In this document: positions 18,514 to 27,956 of the stretch, piece after piece
Position numbering within the stretch: the first letter of the stretch is position 1
Layout: the number at the start of each line of letters is the position of its first letter
Source of the DNA: an uncultured virus (IMG/VR IMGVR_UViG_3300020367_000003)
Lineage: Duplodnaviria; Heunggongvirae; Uroviricota; Caudoviricetes; Kyanoviridae
Virus record (IMG/VR): IMGVR_UViG_3300020367_000003
Direction: 5' to 3' (one strand)
DNA length: 64,000 nucleotides
Notes under the pieces: generated by a model
The model's database searches: none
Told to the model about the DNA's origin: nothing
The model's input: the letters and a program-made list of their open reading frames with translations, nothing else
Made by a program: the position numbers and the translations under genes

Positions 18514-19161
18514 TTACAGTGATGAAATATACTGGTTTAATGCGGAAAGTTTTACCTCTTCCATTTGATTTAGTGCAGCATTATCAATTCTTTTCTTGAT
18601 TTGCTCCACTGTTTGCTCTTGAACAGCTCCATTATTATAGATCCATTCCTTACCTTCCATGATACCATTGACAAAAGCGTCAGGTGCGGAAGGATCAGCA
18701 ACAATATCTGCTGCTGTGGCGAGCATAAAGTCATCCATGACGACTTTAATACCATCTTTTTCTCTTATGGTACCTAAACCACGTGACGATACACCTAGTT
18801 TGACACCTTCATCGATAAGATTCTTGGCAATGTTTCCCATTGGTGTATCCAATAGTCTTGCCTTACCAACATAGTTATTACCTTCTTGCTTAAGAGAAGT
18901 AATTAGATGTGACACTCTATCTAGGTTGATAGTTGGACCATCTGGGTGACCTAACTCACCAAGTGCACGACCTTTCTCGATGTACTTAGTGTTGTAGTTA
19001 GCTGCTTCACGTTGTAAAGTCGAGATAGGATACATCCGACCATTGCGGTTTTTGATTTCGCCTTGCAAAAATACACCCTCGATAAAATGGTTCTTCTTAC
19101 CATTCTTACCTTCGGTGATTGTTACCTTAGCGGTTTCAATTTCCTCCCTGATCAGTTTCAT
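18514..19161 (-). CDS. gp21: Prohead protease (T4 gp21)
   Basis: MKLIREE start, NRNGRMYP, ALGELGHP, GVSSRGLG, DIVADPSAPDAFV. Confidence 0.97.
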   Translation of the reverse strand: MKLIREEIETAKVTITEGKNGKKNHFIEGVFLQGEIKNRNGRMYPISTLQREAANYNTKYIEKGRALGELGHPDGPTINLDRVSHLITSLKQEGNNYVGKARLLDTPMGNIAKNLIDEGVKLGVSSRGLGTIREKDGIKVVMDDFMLATAADIVADPSAPDAFVNGIMEGKEWIYNNGAVQEQTVEQIKKRIDNAALNQMEEVKLSALNQYISSL

Positions 19162-19402
19162 CTTTTGGTTCCTCGGTTTCGGTTTCAGTTTCAGCAGATG
19201 CTTCGGGTGATGCATCCTCAGGTTGCTCGGTGTTTTCAGGACCGTCTTCCTGTGGTTTGAACATAGTTTTACCAATCTCTTTCTTCTGTGTCTCTATGGC
19301 ATCTAATGCTTTATCATTCATACCTTGGACAACATAATCAGAAAGATCTTTCTTACCCGCAAAAAGTGCGTTAACTATATCTCGTGCTGCTTGTGTTGGC
19401 AT
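19136..19402 (-). CDS. Small prohead-core-region protein with an acidic tail (gp67/gp68 position)
   Basis: Located between gp20 and gp21; follows a late promoter; start set at MPTQAARD. Confidence 0.7.
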   Translation of the reverse strand: MPTQAARDIVNALFAGKKDLSDYVVQGMNDKALDAIETQKKEIGKTMFKPQEDGPENTEQPEDASPEASAETETETEEPKDETDQGGN

Positions 19403-19423
19403 AATGTTACTTATCAATATTAC

Positions 19424-19430
19424 TATTTAG
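19424..19430 (-). promoter_or_regulatory. Late promoter CTAAATA overlapping the gp20 stop
   Basis: TAAATA core. Confidence 0.6.
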
Positions 19431-21037
19431 ATATCTCCTTTTTTATAATCCGCAGGACTAATACCTAAGGTTGCGGGATCTGGTTCTGGAGGTTGTAATG
19501 CCATCTCCATCTGTTCTACTTCAAGTTTTTGAAGCTCAACAGGTGAAACTAACTTACCCTCTGCTATTTCTGCATCCATCTGTGCTTGAATCTCATTGTA
19601 TTCAACCTCAGTCTGACGTAACACATGCCTACGCATGTATTCTATAGAGAAATATTTACCAGTTAGCGGATCCATTTGAGCGACTAGATTCATACGCTCA
19701 TTCATGATCTCCTGCTCTTTCAACTCAGCAAAGTAGTTGTCAGCAATGAAATCAAACTGGATGTGCTCCTTAACTAAGTCCCACTCATCAAGAGTTAGGA
19801 CACCTTTAAGACAAATTTGTGTCTTAAGTAGGTCAAGGAATAGGTCAGAGAATCTCTTACGAAGTCTGGTTACAAACTTTTGGAATTTAACTTCATCACG
19901 TGTGATTTCTGCACTACGTCCTACATTAAAGGAGCTGTCAGATTCTAAACGTGACTCAGGTACATTCAATGCACGGTAGAGTTTCTTCTGGAAGTACTTA
20001 ATATCTTCTAATTCACCTAGGTTTTGTCCACCTGGTAGAGTAGAAATTTCTGTACCTCTTCCACCCTCACGTCTTGGTAGCCAGAAGTCTTCTAGCATAG
20101 ACATGAATTTCTTATCGTCTCTTATTTCACCAGTGTCAGCGTTATATACTAACTTATTCCTATAGCGAGACATAACCTCACGGAGATATTGCTCCGCTTT
20201 TTGCTTCGGTAGGTTACCCACATCTATATAGAAGATTCTACGCTCTGGTGCACGAGACATACGGTAAATAACCAGTGAATCTTCAATCATTCTCAACTGG
20301 TTAGTTGCCTTAATAGCTTTATGTAGATGAGATAGCACATAGTTACGCTGCATATCTAATTGTCCTGAGTGGACAAAGCATACTGCGTCAGGTGCAATTT
20401 TTATTCCGTGGTTCTCATACCCACGTAACCCCTTGGGTGAATAAATGAAATACTCTACACTCTTTGGTATTAAAGTATTAACTTCTGGGTCTGCGGGGGA
20501 AACCCTGTCTTTTGGTTTATCATATTCAATCACCTTTTTAATCTTTCTAGGGTCGATATACCTAAGCTCAGTGATACCTTCCTGAGGATTGTCAGGGTTA
20601 ATCATCTTATGATAAAAAAGTCTTCCGTCGATGTACCACCTACGGAAGATATCATATGCTTTCCTATCAAAATCTAGTAGAGTTAATACATTTTCAAACT
20701 CTTCACGAATTCTTGTCTTAACTGAGTTACTACCAGGAAAGTGTTCTAAATTAATTTCTATTGTTTTATCGTCTAAGTCACCTGCAATGGCTTCATTAAC
20801 TATATCTCCGACTGCTTGATCTACCTCTGGATGTAAAGACATCTCACGGTATCTACCAATCAAATCTACATCACTTGCTTTATTAGCCGCATCACCTAGA
20901 TCTACGTACTGTCCAAAATAACCACCAGCTACAATGGGTTGTGCTGCGTCATCCGAATCTTTCGTTACGAAAGAAGGGCCTAAACCTTTAGACCCCTTCT
21001 TCTTTCGATCAAGTGAATAACCAAATAACTGTGCCAT
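19427..21037 (-). CDS. gp20: Portal vertex protein (T4 gp20)
   Basis: WYIDGRLFYHK, RAPERRIFYIDVGNLPK, EDFWLPRREGGRGTEI. Confidence 0.99.
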   Translation of the reverse strand: MAQLFGYSLDRKKKGSKGLGPSFVTKDSDDAAQPIVAGGYFGQYVDLGDAANKASDVDLIGRYREMSLHPEVDQAVGDIVNEAIAGDLDDKTIEINLEHFPGSNSVKTRIREEFENVLTLLDFDRKAYDIFRRWYIDGRLFYHKMINPDNPQEGITELRYIDPRKIKKVIEYDKPKDRVSPADPEVNTLIPKSVEYFIYSPKGLRGYENHGIKIAPDAVCFVHSGQLDMQRNYVLSHLHKAIKATNQLRMIEDSLVIYRMSRAPERRIFYIDVGNLPKQKAEQYLREVMSRYRNKLVYNADTGEIRDDKKFMSMLEDFWLPRREGGRGTEISTLPGGQNLGELEDIKYFQKKLYRALNVPESRLESDSSFNVGRSAEITRDEVKFQKFVTRLRKRFSDLFLDLLKTQICLKGVLTLDEWDLVKEHIQFDFIADNYFAELKEQEIMNERMNLVAQMDPLTGKYFSIEYMRRHVLRQTEVEYNEIQAQMDAEIAEGKLVSPVELQKLEVEQMEMALQPPEPDPATLGISPADYKKGDI

Positions 21038-21059
21038 TCAACTTATCTCCATTTAATTA

Positions 21060-21067
21060 TATTTATA
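21060..21067 (-). promoter_or_regulatory. Late promoter TATAAATA upstream of gp20
   Basis: Exact T4 consensus, intergenic. Confidence 0.75.
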
Positions 21068-21071
21068 GACC

Positions 21072-21764
21072 CTAGTTTAAAGAGGTAGAGTTACCTGTGT
21101 TTCTGTCAGAGTCGTATGTCCAGTACTGAACCTGGAACTCAACTGTATACTCTTCTGGAGTATCGTTACTATCCCATGCAAGATCAATTGCGGAAATAGT
21201 TGAAGGCCATATACCCTCAAACTTATAAGTCTTAATGACTTGTCCTTGTCTTCCTAATTGTCTTACCCAAGCATTAGTCTGATATTTTTCAATCTGATTT
21301 GTGGATTGCTTGTTCTGATGAAGTGCTTGAATCTTAGTAGACCATTCTTCAAACTTATTCCTAAGTGCAAAGTTTTGGTCGTTAAGGACAGTAATTGTCC
21401 AAGGTTCAAACGTCCTGTCTCCTGCAATCTTAAGTGTCCTACCTCTATAAGGAACTTCAATAACACCCACTGTTGCTGCGGGTATGTTTGCTGCCTTAAT
21501 CAAGAAACTTGCGAAACTTGATGAAGATGCATTAGTTCCAAGTGTAGATGCACCACTCTTAGACTCATTGTCTTGTGCAGTAGATCCAGGATCAGCACCA
21601 GGATCAGGCTTACCATCTGATGTTACCACATCAGGCCATCCTAAGTCAACCTGAAACAGGTTAGGACGGGCTAAATCGCCAATTTTGTCCCTAAAAGTAA
21701 GTATTGGTGTGGAAACTCTAGCATTGGTTTCCTGACCAGGGAGTTTTTCTACTTCATTTGCCAT
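21072..21764 (-). CDS. gp19: Tail tube protein (T4 gp19)
   Basis: ARPNLFQV, GRTLKIAGDRTFEPWTITV, EEYTVEFQVQYW. Confidence 0.96.
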   Translation of the reverse strand: MANEVEKLPGQETNARVSTPILTFRDKIGDLARPNLFQVDLGWPDVVTSDGKPDPGADPGSTAQDNESKSGASTLGTNASSSSFASFLIKAANIPAATVGVIEVPYRGRTLKIAGDRTFEPWTITVLNDQNFALRNKFEEWSTKIQALHQNKQSTNQIEKYQTNAWVRQLGRQGQVIKTYKFEGIWPSTISAIDLAWDSNDTPEEYTVEFQVQYWTYDSDRNTGNSTSLN

Positions 21765-21817
21765 TTTATTTGTCTCCTATTTGAGGTTGAGCACGAAGAC
21801 GTGCCACGGTTTACTCA

Positions 21818-24589
21818 TTATGATACTAACTCACTGAAGCTTGCTCCAGATCTTGTTGCTGTGAATGTCAATGTGATGAAGTTGATACTACGTGTTGGCT
21901 TCACGAAGATTTCAGCATAGAATTCACCACGGTCAATAGACTCGGCAGGGTTGTTAGTGCTGTCGCAGACTACTAAGAAGTCAACGATACCACGACGTGC
22001 TTGCACACTGCGTAGGAAAGGCTCAACTATGTTCTTGAATTGTGCACGAGTAAACTCGTCATTTAATTCAAAGAGTTGTGTCTTAGCAGCAGCAGAAATT
22101 GCTTCCTCGATGACTAAGAATAACCTTCTTACGTTAATTCTATCGAATGCAGACTGATAAGAAAGTGCAGTCTTATCTCCGAAGAGGACTAATCCTTCTC
22201 CAGGGAATGCTACGATTGGGTTAACTCTTGAAGCATAAAGTGTGTCTCTATGATCTTTAAGAGGTGAGTAAGCAAGTTTGATTGCATTAAGTAACTGTCC
22301 TCTGTTGAAACCAGCTGGTGAATACCAAGGTTCTTGGTTGATAGTTGTGCTTAATACAAGTCCTGCAACGTCTGCGTTACATGGGATGTAACGATAAACA
22401 TCATTATACTTGTCGTAGATATACTTGTAGTTGTTATCAAATACAGCATATGATGTGCTTGATAACTGGTCGAAGTAGTTAACTGTTCTTGTTACGATAT
22501 CAGAAACTCTAGGTTGACCGATAATATCACCACGATAAGGAGATACGAAAGCAATACAATCTTTTCTAGCAGCAGCAATAGAAATTATGTGCTGTGCTTT
22601 AGCGATTGTATCATCAACACCACTCATTGATGGACCCATTAGAATGTAGTCTACATCAACTGTCTCAGCATCGTTGAATAGATCGTATGCAGCGAGTGAG
22701 TTTGGCCTTGAAACTGTATATCCATCTACACCACCTTGTAGACTATACTTAAGTGTTGCTCTATTCTTTGTACCAAGTAGAGCGAGTGATAATGGATTTG
22801 TACCACTTGGGTCATCCATGTTATTCAGAGATGAATCTGATTTAATAAGGTCAAATTCCCTATTAATACCTGACACACCCCATGATCCAGCAGCGTTAGT
22901 ATCTTTATCATATACCTGTGCTGTTTCATGACTACCCCAATAGAGATACTCAGAGAAATTCTTAATTACATCTTTGTAATAGATGTTATCGCCTTGAGGT
23001 GACTTAGCATCTGTTGCTTTAGAAACATTAAGATGCTTCTCAACAACTGATCCAGGAACTCCTGTTACTGCTCCATCTCCATCGATGACTAAGATGTGCA
23101 TTAAGTCATTGTGTCCACCACGGTCAGCAGTCCATGCTGAAGTAGTAGGTCTTGCAGCTAAGTTAATCCACTTAGCATTTTCTCCGTAAACTCTTGACTC
23201 ATAGTCAGACTCTACGTTAGCAACAGCGATTGTTGTAGTATTCTTATCAACAACTGTCTGGTTTGCTTGGAACTGAGGTGACCCTTGATTAAGAGCAACA
23301 CGCAATTCACGAGTTACAGACTCAACAACCCCTGCATCACCAGTGGCAGAGCCAGGTGTGTTAGAGTTATTTGCTAACTCAGAAATTGTGTCTCCAACTT
23401 CAATGATGTCAGCAGATGTGGAGTCAACAGTTATTTCTAACTTACGATGCTCTTCATCATATGCAACAACACGTCCAGTAACACCACCACTAACAGCAGT
23501 GATATAGTTGTCTGTCTCAAATTTACCTATTAAAGTTGCAGCATCAGCTAAAGTAACAGTAACTGTGTATGAATATACACGACCATATACGTTAGCAGAT
23601 GAATAGGAAACTTCAGCGTTATTATCAAATTCCCACTCAGCACTTGTTGGTTGAGCAAGATAAAGAATTTGGTCAGGACCAGCGTCTGTTACAAGAACTC
23701 TTAGTGAGTTACCGTAAATACCAGCTGTTTTAGCACCCCACTTCCAGTTGTTAGAAGCAGTCTCTACATTAGATTCGTAAGCATCAAGATTCTTAATGAG
23801 AGGTGAAGCAACACCAGTAGCAGTTTGCTCATTGATTGTTGTCTTCTGTGATGTAACATTCTGTAGGGTAACAGTAGATCCATCGGTATGAGATGTAGCA
23901 GTTGTACCTAGTTGTGCTCTTACAACTGTCAAATCATTACCTGCAACACCAGAAATTTGTAGGATTTCATCGTCAATTCTGATGTAACTGTTAGTACCAC
24001 CACCTAGTGCAGCAGCAGATGTTACAGTCAGAGTTGTATCAGAATCAGTAAAGGTTGACCCTTCATTGATTGTAGAAGATGTACCAGCAGCTTCGATTAG
24101 AGTAATTGGTGCTGATGCAGCGTGACTAACAGCAGAAGTAGAAAGTTGACCACGTAATACAACTACATCGCTACCAGATACACTCTGGATAACCAATAAT
24201 TCTGAGTCGATTAGTAGTACGTCTGCTACGTCGAAATCTGTTGATGAAGTAACAGTTAAAGTAGTGTCATTTGCACTGAAACTTGTTACTGTATACTGTG
24301 CAGTGTCTATTGCGTTCTTTAAAGAATCGTTAGTTGCACGAACTATCTTAACGGTACCACCGTAAAGTAAAAACTGTGCTGCACTAAACCAATACTCGTA
24401 GTTATAGTCGGTAGGTTTACCAAATATGCTGAGAAGTTCCTTCTCGCTAGTTACATTTGTTATTTCCTCGACAGGACCTTTCTCAAACGCACCAACGATT
24501 GCAGCAATATTATCTACTGTTGCATTTGCGACGGTGGTCAGATCTCTCTCAAGAACAACAACTCCTGGTGAAAGCTGTGTCGAAGCCAT
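21818..24589 (-). CDS. gp18: Tail sheath protein (T4 gp18), enlarged by inserted domains
   Basis: SPGVVVLERDLT, PWYSPAGFNRG, FDRINVRRLF, IFVKPTRSINFITLTF. Confidence 0.97.
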   Translation of the reverse strand: MASTQLSPGVVVLERDLTTVANATVDNIAAIVGAFEKGPVEEITNVTSEKELLSIFGKPTDYNYEYWFSAAQFLLYGGTVKIVRATNDSLKNAIDTAQYTVTSFSANDTTLTVTSSTDFDVADVLLIDSELLVIQSVSGSDVVVLRGQLSTSAVSHAASAPITLIEAAGTSSTINEGSTFTDSDTTLTVTSAAALGGGTNSYIRIDDEILQISGVAGNDLTVVRAQLGTTATSHTDGSTVTLQNVTSQKTTINEQTATGVASPLIKNLDAYESNVETASNNWKWGAKTAGIYGNSLRVLVTDAGPDQILYLAQPTSAEWEFDNNAEVSYSSANVYGRVYSYTVTVTLADAATLIGKFETDNYITAVSGGVTGRVVAYDEEHRKLEITVDSTSADIIEVGDTISELANNSNTPGSATGDAGVVESVTRELRVALNQGSPQFQANQTVVDKNTTTIAVANVESDYESRVYGENAKWINLAARPTTSAWTADRGGHNDLMHILVIDGDGAVTGVPGSVVEKHLNVSKATDAKSPQGDNIYYKDVIKNFSEYLYWGSHETAQVYDKDTNAAGSWGVSGINREFDLIKSDSSLNNMDDPSGTNPLSLALLGTKNRATLKYSLQGGVDGYTVSRPNSLAAYDLFNDAETVDVDYILMGPSMSGVDDTIAKAQHIISIAAARKDCIAFVSPYRGDIIGQPRVSDIVTRTVNYFDQLSSTSYAVFDNNYKYIYDKYNDVYRYIPCNADVAGLVLSTTINQEPWYSPAGFNRGQLLNAIKLAYSPLKDHRDTLYASRVNPIVAFPGEGLVLFGDKTALSYQSAFDRINVRRLFLVIEEAISAAAKTQLFELNDEFTRAQFKNIVEPFLRSVQARRGIVDFLVVCDSTNNPAESIDRGEFYAEIFVKPTRSINFITLTFTATRSGASFSELVS

Positions 24590-24629
24590 GTGTGATCTCC
24601 TGAATGAATTCCAATTCGGATGCTGAAAT

Positions 24630-24637
24630 TATTTATA
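24630..24637 (-). promoter_or_regulatory. Late promoter TATAAATA upstream of gp18
   Basis: Exact T4 consensus, intergenic. Confidence 0.75.
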
Positions 24638-24648
24638 GAAATGTATAT

Positions 24649-26307
24649 TTACGAGAGGTACTCCCACATATATGCCTTATCTCCGTACTCATCTGTCTTC
24701 CAAGTGTCACCTTCCGCATCCGTGAAGGTCTCCTCGTACCCAACTCCGTCATCGATAAAACCAAACGGAGCCATGTCCGCTTCTATACCATCTTTTTGCT
24801 CCTGATACATGCGGAGACGTACGTCATCGTCATGTAATTCTCTGAAGTAATCTGTGGTTGCTAACCATGCGAAGATAACTAAGCACATTGCTAGGTCATC
24901 GTTACATCCTTCCTCAGCTTCCCATGCTGGACCTCTCTGAATGAATGTAGTTAGCTCTGCCATAATATCATAGTCTTTAAAGATGAGTTTATCATCTTCA
25001 ATCAACTGTTTTAGGTTAGAGCAACCAGTTTTCTTGACTGTTGTGCTCATCTTAACCCCTAGTTGTACCTTAGTACCACTAAATCCTTGTCCTACTACCT
25101 GACCTGCCCTACCTCTCATGGCACACATGAGTAAATTCTCGTATTCTAGGTCAAATTGTATAATATCTGCTACCTGTCCACCAATATCATTAACTTCTAT
25201 CATTATATACGCCTGGTTATATGCAGTGGCGACCCTATGAATGATATCTGGGAATAATAATGGTTTAATCTTATTGTTTCTATACTTTGCTACCACCATA
25301 TAGGGTATTTCTGTGGTATCAATGACTGTAAATGCAGAATAATCCTTAGTTAGACCTCTAGCAACGTCAACACATATGTGATATGAGTGTCCTTCCTCTG
25401 GTTCTTCATAGACTGACAGTCCTGCTTCCTTCTTAATAGGTTCTTCATAGACTAAAGTCTTTAATTTAGTACTACTGATGAGAGTATTAACAGATCCTAG
25501 GAATTCACACTCAAATTCTTGGTTGAATTGCTCCTCTGATGTGTTTCGTATCGTCTCTTCTTTCCATTTAGCATCTCTACCAGGTACCTGTTGCCAGTGT
25601 ACCTCTGTTGTAGTGTATTCATTCTGTCCTTTCTCTGCGTCATGCCACAGTTTATAGAACATATTCATACCCTTGGGGGTAGATATGATTATAACCTTAG
25701 TGCTCTTACCAGAAGATATAGTAGGATAGACAGAACTAAAGAACTCGTCAGCAATATGCGTCGGAATAAAGGCGAATTCGTCCAAAAATATAATGTTAAA
25801 GGACATACCCCGAACAGCACTTGCAGAAGTAGAAGCAGCCAAGATCTTACTTCCATTCTCCAACTCCAAGGAACCCCTGTTCCAGTTGACCACACCTTGT
25901 TGAAGCCATTTAGGGAGATTTTCGTAAGAAAGTTGTAAGCGACCCAACATTTCTCTTGCAGTGGCTGCTTTGTTTGCGAGGATTGCGATGTTGACATTAT
26001 CATTAAAAATTGCATACCACAGGAGATAAGCAGTAACCACTGTGGATTTACCTGACTGACGTGGTAGCTTTGCTATATTGAATCGATGCTCATGGAATCG
26101 ATTCACCATGTCTTCTTGGAAATCGTACAGGTCAAACCCAACTATACCTTGATCGAGGTTAACGATCTTGATATAGTTACGAATGAAATAAACAGGACTC
26201 TCGCTACACTTTATAAACTCCTGCACCTGATCAGGTGTGAAGTTAGTGTTAACGTTAGCCCGTTTCAGATTCGGGTTACCTAGATATATCTCCTGCTTTT
26301 CAGCCAT
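24649..26307 (-). CDS. gp17: Terminase large subunit (T4 gp17)
   Basis: YLGNPNLK, PRQSGKST, IFLDEFAF, ISTPKGMN, DDLAMCLV. Confidence 0.99.
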   Translation of the reverse strand: MAEKQEIYLGNPNLKRANVNTNFTPDQVQEFIKCSESPVYFIRNYIKIVNLDQGIVGFDLYDFQEDMVNRFHEHRFNIAKLPRQSGKSTVVTAYLLWYAIFNDNVNIAILANKAATAREMLGRLQLSYENLPKWLQQGVVNWNRGSLELENGSKILAASTSASAVRGMSFNIIFLDEFAFIPTHIADEFFSSVYPTISSGKSTKVIIISTPKGMNMFYKLWHDAEKGQNEYTTTEVHWQQVPGRDAKWKEETIRNTSEEQFNQEFECEFLGSVNTLISSTKLKTLVYEEPIKKEAGLSVYEEPEEGHSYHICVDVARGLTKDYSAFTVIDTTEIPYMVVAKYRNNKIKPLLFPDIIHRVATAYNQAYIMIEVNDIGGQVADIIQFDLEYENLLMCAMRGRAGQVVGQGFSGTKVQLGVKMSTTVKKTGCSNLKQLIEDDKLIFKDYDIMAELTTFIQRGPAWEAEEGCNDDLAMCLVIFAWLATTDYFRELHDDDVRLRMYQEQKDGIEADMAPFGFIDDGVGYEETFTDAEGDTWKTDEYGDKAYMWEYLS

Positions 26308-26491
26308 TGGCTTCTTTTATTGCCTCTACGATAGTTCTCTTCAGTTGATTCTGTTTCTTTCTACCGATACCGACAGATGCATCTATCTTTACCTTAACCC
26401 AGTAAAGACCAGTTAAAACGAGGATAAATGGGATAGCATCTCCCCATGAAATTTCATTCCATGCCTCTACGACATTTAATACAGAAAACAT
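26300..26491 (-). CDS. Small membrane protein
   Basis: One TM-like segment followed by a basic tail; coupled to gp17. Confidence 0.65.
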   Translation of the reverse strand: MFSVLNVVEAWNEISWGDAIPFILVLTGLYWVKVKIDASVGIGRKKQNQLKRTIVEAIKEANG

Positions 26492-27033
26492 TAGTATAAT
26501 CCTGGTAAGTTTGCAGCAGTGGTAGATTGAATTCCATCACCTACCTCTGGTAGTGGGTCTCCCTCACTTGGTTCCACTTCAATGGTACCATTTGCTTCTC
26601 TGATTGCTCTCAGTGATGCAAAATCTTTACGCTTCGTACCTCCATCATACTCCCAAGCATATCCTTCTTCGATCATCTGTTCGTTAAGTGATGTCTCAGC
26701 ATCGCCAACGTATAACCAACCAAGAAGCCTACCATACTTACCCATGCCACCTTTAAGTTCAGTTCTAATGGTAAGTTCATCGTCTCCTTTAATTGTATCT
26801 TCTAAAGTTCCCTTCATCCAGTTAGTAGCATCTATTCCTAATGCCTTCTCTTCTAGATCTCTAGTCCTCTTCTCAGGAGTATCAATACCAGCTATTCTTA
26901 CACGTTCGTGCTTATAGATATCAAATCCTAAATCTATTACTACGTCAATGGTATCTCCATCAACTACTTTTACTATCTCCGTCACTCGGAAGTTGTAGCA
27001 ACTCTTCCTCGACGGTGGTGTCATCTTTCCCAT
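26491..27033 (-). CDS. SNase/thermonuclease-like protein
   Basis: VVDGDTIDV, RVRIAGIDTPE, GKYGRLLGW, LNEQMIEEGYA; start MGKMTPPS (27051 also possible). Confidence 0.9.
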   Translation of the reverse strand: MGKMTPPSRKSCYNFRVTEIVKVVDGDTIDVVIDLGFDIYKHERVRIAGIDTPEKRTRDLEEKALGIDATNWMKGTLEDTIKGDDELTIRTELKGGMGKYGRLLGWLYVGDAETSLNEQMIEEGYAWEYDGGTKRKDFASLRAIREANGTIEVEPSEGDPLPEVGDGIQSTTAANLPGLY

Positions 27034-27130
27034 TGGGGTACCAATCATCATACTTAAATATGTATACGATTACCACCCCTACCGCAATGAGTAGTATTGC
27101 GATCATCCAGATAACACCCCACACAACCAT
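26960..27130 (-). CDS. 56-aa membrane micro-protein (MVVWGVIWMIAILLIAVGVVIVYIFKYDDW...)
   Basis: Manual translation; TAATG coupling upstream; tail overlaps the nuclease gene. Confidence 0.55.
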   Translation of the reverse strand: MVVWGVIWMIAILLIAVGVVIVYIFKYDDWYPNGKDDTTVEEELLQLPSDGDSKSS

Positions 27131-27243
27131 TAGACGTATGCTTCAGCAGCAAGTCTAAATGCTAATCCTAGAGAAACTCCCATCACTGTGAGTCTACTCA
27201 TCCACCACATTATCTCATGCTTATGCTTCGTAATACGACTCAT
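27130..27243 (-). CDS. 37-aa micro-protein (MSRITKHKHEIMWWMSRLTVMGVSLGLAFRLAAEAYV)
   Basis: Manual translation; ATGA and TAATG coupling on both sides. Confidence 0.55.
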   Translation of the reverse strand: MSRITKHKHEIMWWMSRLTVMGVSLGLAFRLAAEAYV

Positions 27244-27407
27244 AGCTCCATACCCATGGTACAGTAATCAATAAAATGAGGATGCTCCCTTAGACCAGGG
27301 ACATCCTCTTTTGAATTCTTTATTGCTTCATATGCATCTTCTGCATACTCACATATTTCATAGTGATTGCGGCTTGTATCGTGGTAGCCAACCGTATAGT
27401 GGGACAT
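27240..27407 (-). CDS. Prochlorococcus-type small protein (MSHYTVGYHD...EICEYA.DAYEA...EDVP.L.EHPH)
   Basis: Recognisable conserved motif; follows a late promoter. Confidence 0.7.
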   Translation of the reverse strand: MSHYTVGYHDTSRNHYEICEYAEDAYEAIKNSKEDVPGLREHPHFIDYCTMGMEL

Positions 27408-27444
27408 GATAGTTTCAACTCCACTAAGTTTCAAAGTATGTAAG

Positions 27445-27452
27445 TATTTATA
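27445..27452 (-). promoter_or_regulatory. Late promoter TATAAATA
   Basis: Exact consensus overlapping a TAA stop. Confidence 0.65.
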
Positions 27453-27597
27453 CTTTTTTGTCTTGTTTTTGTATCTCTTTTATGCGTTTCCTGACCAATT
27501 TAGCATACAAAACATCCTCCTTTGTCCAAAGGTTTTTGTTTGCTTTACGTTGTTTAATTATCTTCTTCGCTACCTTCTTGTCTTCGGTGTCACTCAT
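27448..27597 (-). CDS. 49-aa basic protein (MSDTEDKKVAKKIIKQRKANKNLWTKEDVLYAKLVRKRIKEIQKQDKKV)
   Basis: Manual translation; fills the gap exactly and overlaps the upstream stop. Confidence 0.65.
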   Translation of the reverse strand: MSDTEDKKVAKKIIKQRKANKNLWTKEDVLYAKLVRKRIKEIQKQDKKV

Positions 27598-27817
27598 TTA
27601 TTCTTGCTGTTGTTGGGGCTCTGAAATACTTATTTATAACCTCAACCTGATCATGGTATCTTGATATCTTATCAAGCTCTTGACCGATTGCTTCGGTGAT
27701 ATCAGAATGCTCTCCAATACCAGCTGGATGTTCTAGGTAAACATTGACGTTTGCCTTATGCTTTTCAATTTCACCTTGAGCATGTGCCAACATAGCACGT
27801 AATAGTTGCTCTCTCAT
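27590..27817 (-). CDS. Conserved T4-like marine phage hypothetical protein
   Basis: AHAQGEIEKHKANV.VYL..PAGIGEHSDI motif; start MREQLL. Confidence 0.8.
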   Translation of the reverse strand: MREQLLRAMLAHAQGEIEKHKANVNVYLEHPAGIGEHSDITEAIGQELDKISRYHDQVEVINKYFRAPTTARINE

Positions 27818-27836
27818 ATGTAATGTACCCATGATT

Positions 27837-27956
27837 TTATTTGTTGTGATTAGGATGCTTGGGGCAGTTAGCCTCATGCTGTTTTATATATCTCTCTGGG
27901 TCTGGGTGACCTTGAGGAGGTGTCAGTCCACAGTGCTGACATACTAATTTAGCCAT
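27837..27956 (-). CDS. 39-aa putative C2HC zinc-binding micro-protein
   Basis: MAKLVCQHCG...HEANCP (C-x2-C...H-x3-C); coupled to the upstream gene. Confidence 0.6.
   Translation of the reverse strand: MAKLVCQHCGLTPPQGHPDPERYIKQHEANCPKHPNHNK

Noticed and set aside
19162..19275. 38-aa N-terminal extension of gp21 in the ORF track
   Set aside because: Lies within the upstream gene; the conserved gp21 start is MKLIREE at 19161
21790..21806. GCACG-N4-CGTGC hairpin between gp18 and gp19 as a terminator
   Set aside because: Only a 5-bp stem with no U-tract; at most a processing or stability element
16009..26307. Introns, inteins or homing endonucleases in gp17, gp20 or gp23
   Set aside because: The ORFs are contiguous and of normal length; no HNH, GIY-YIG or LAGLIDADG motifs seen
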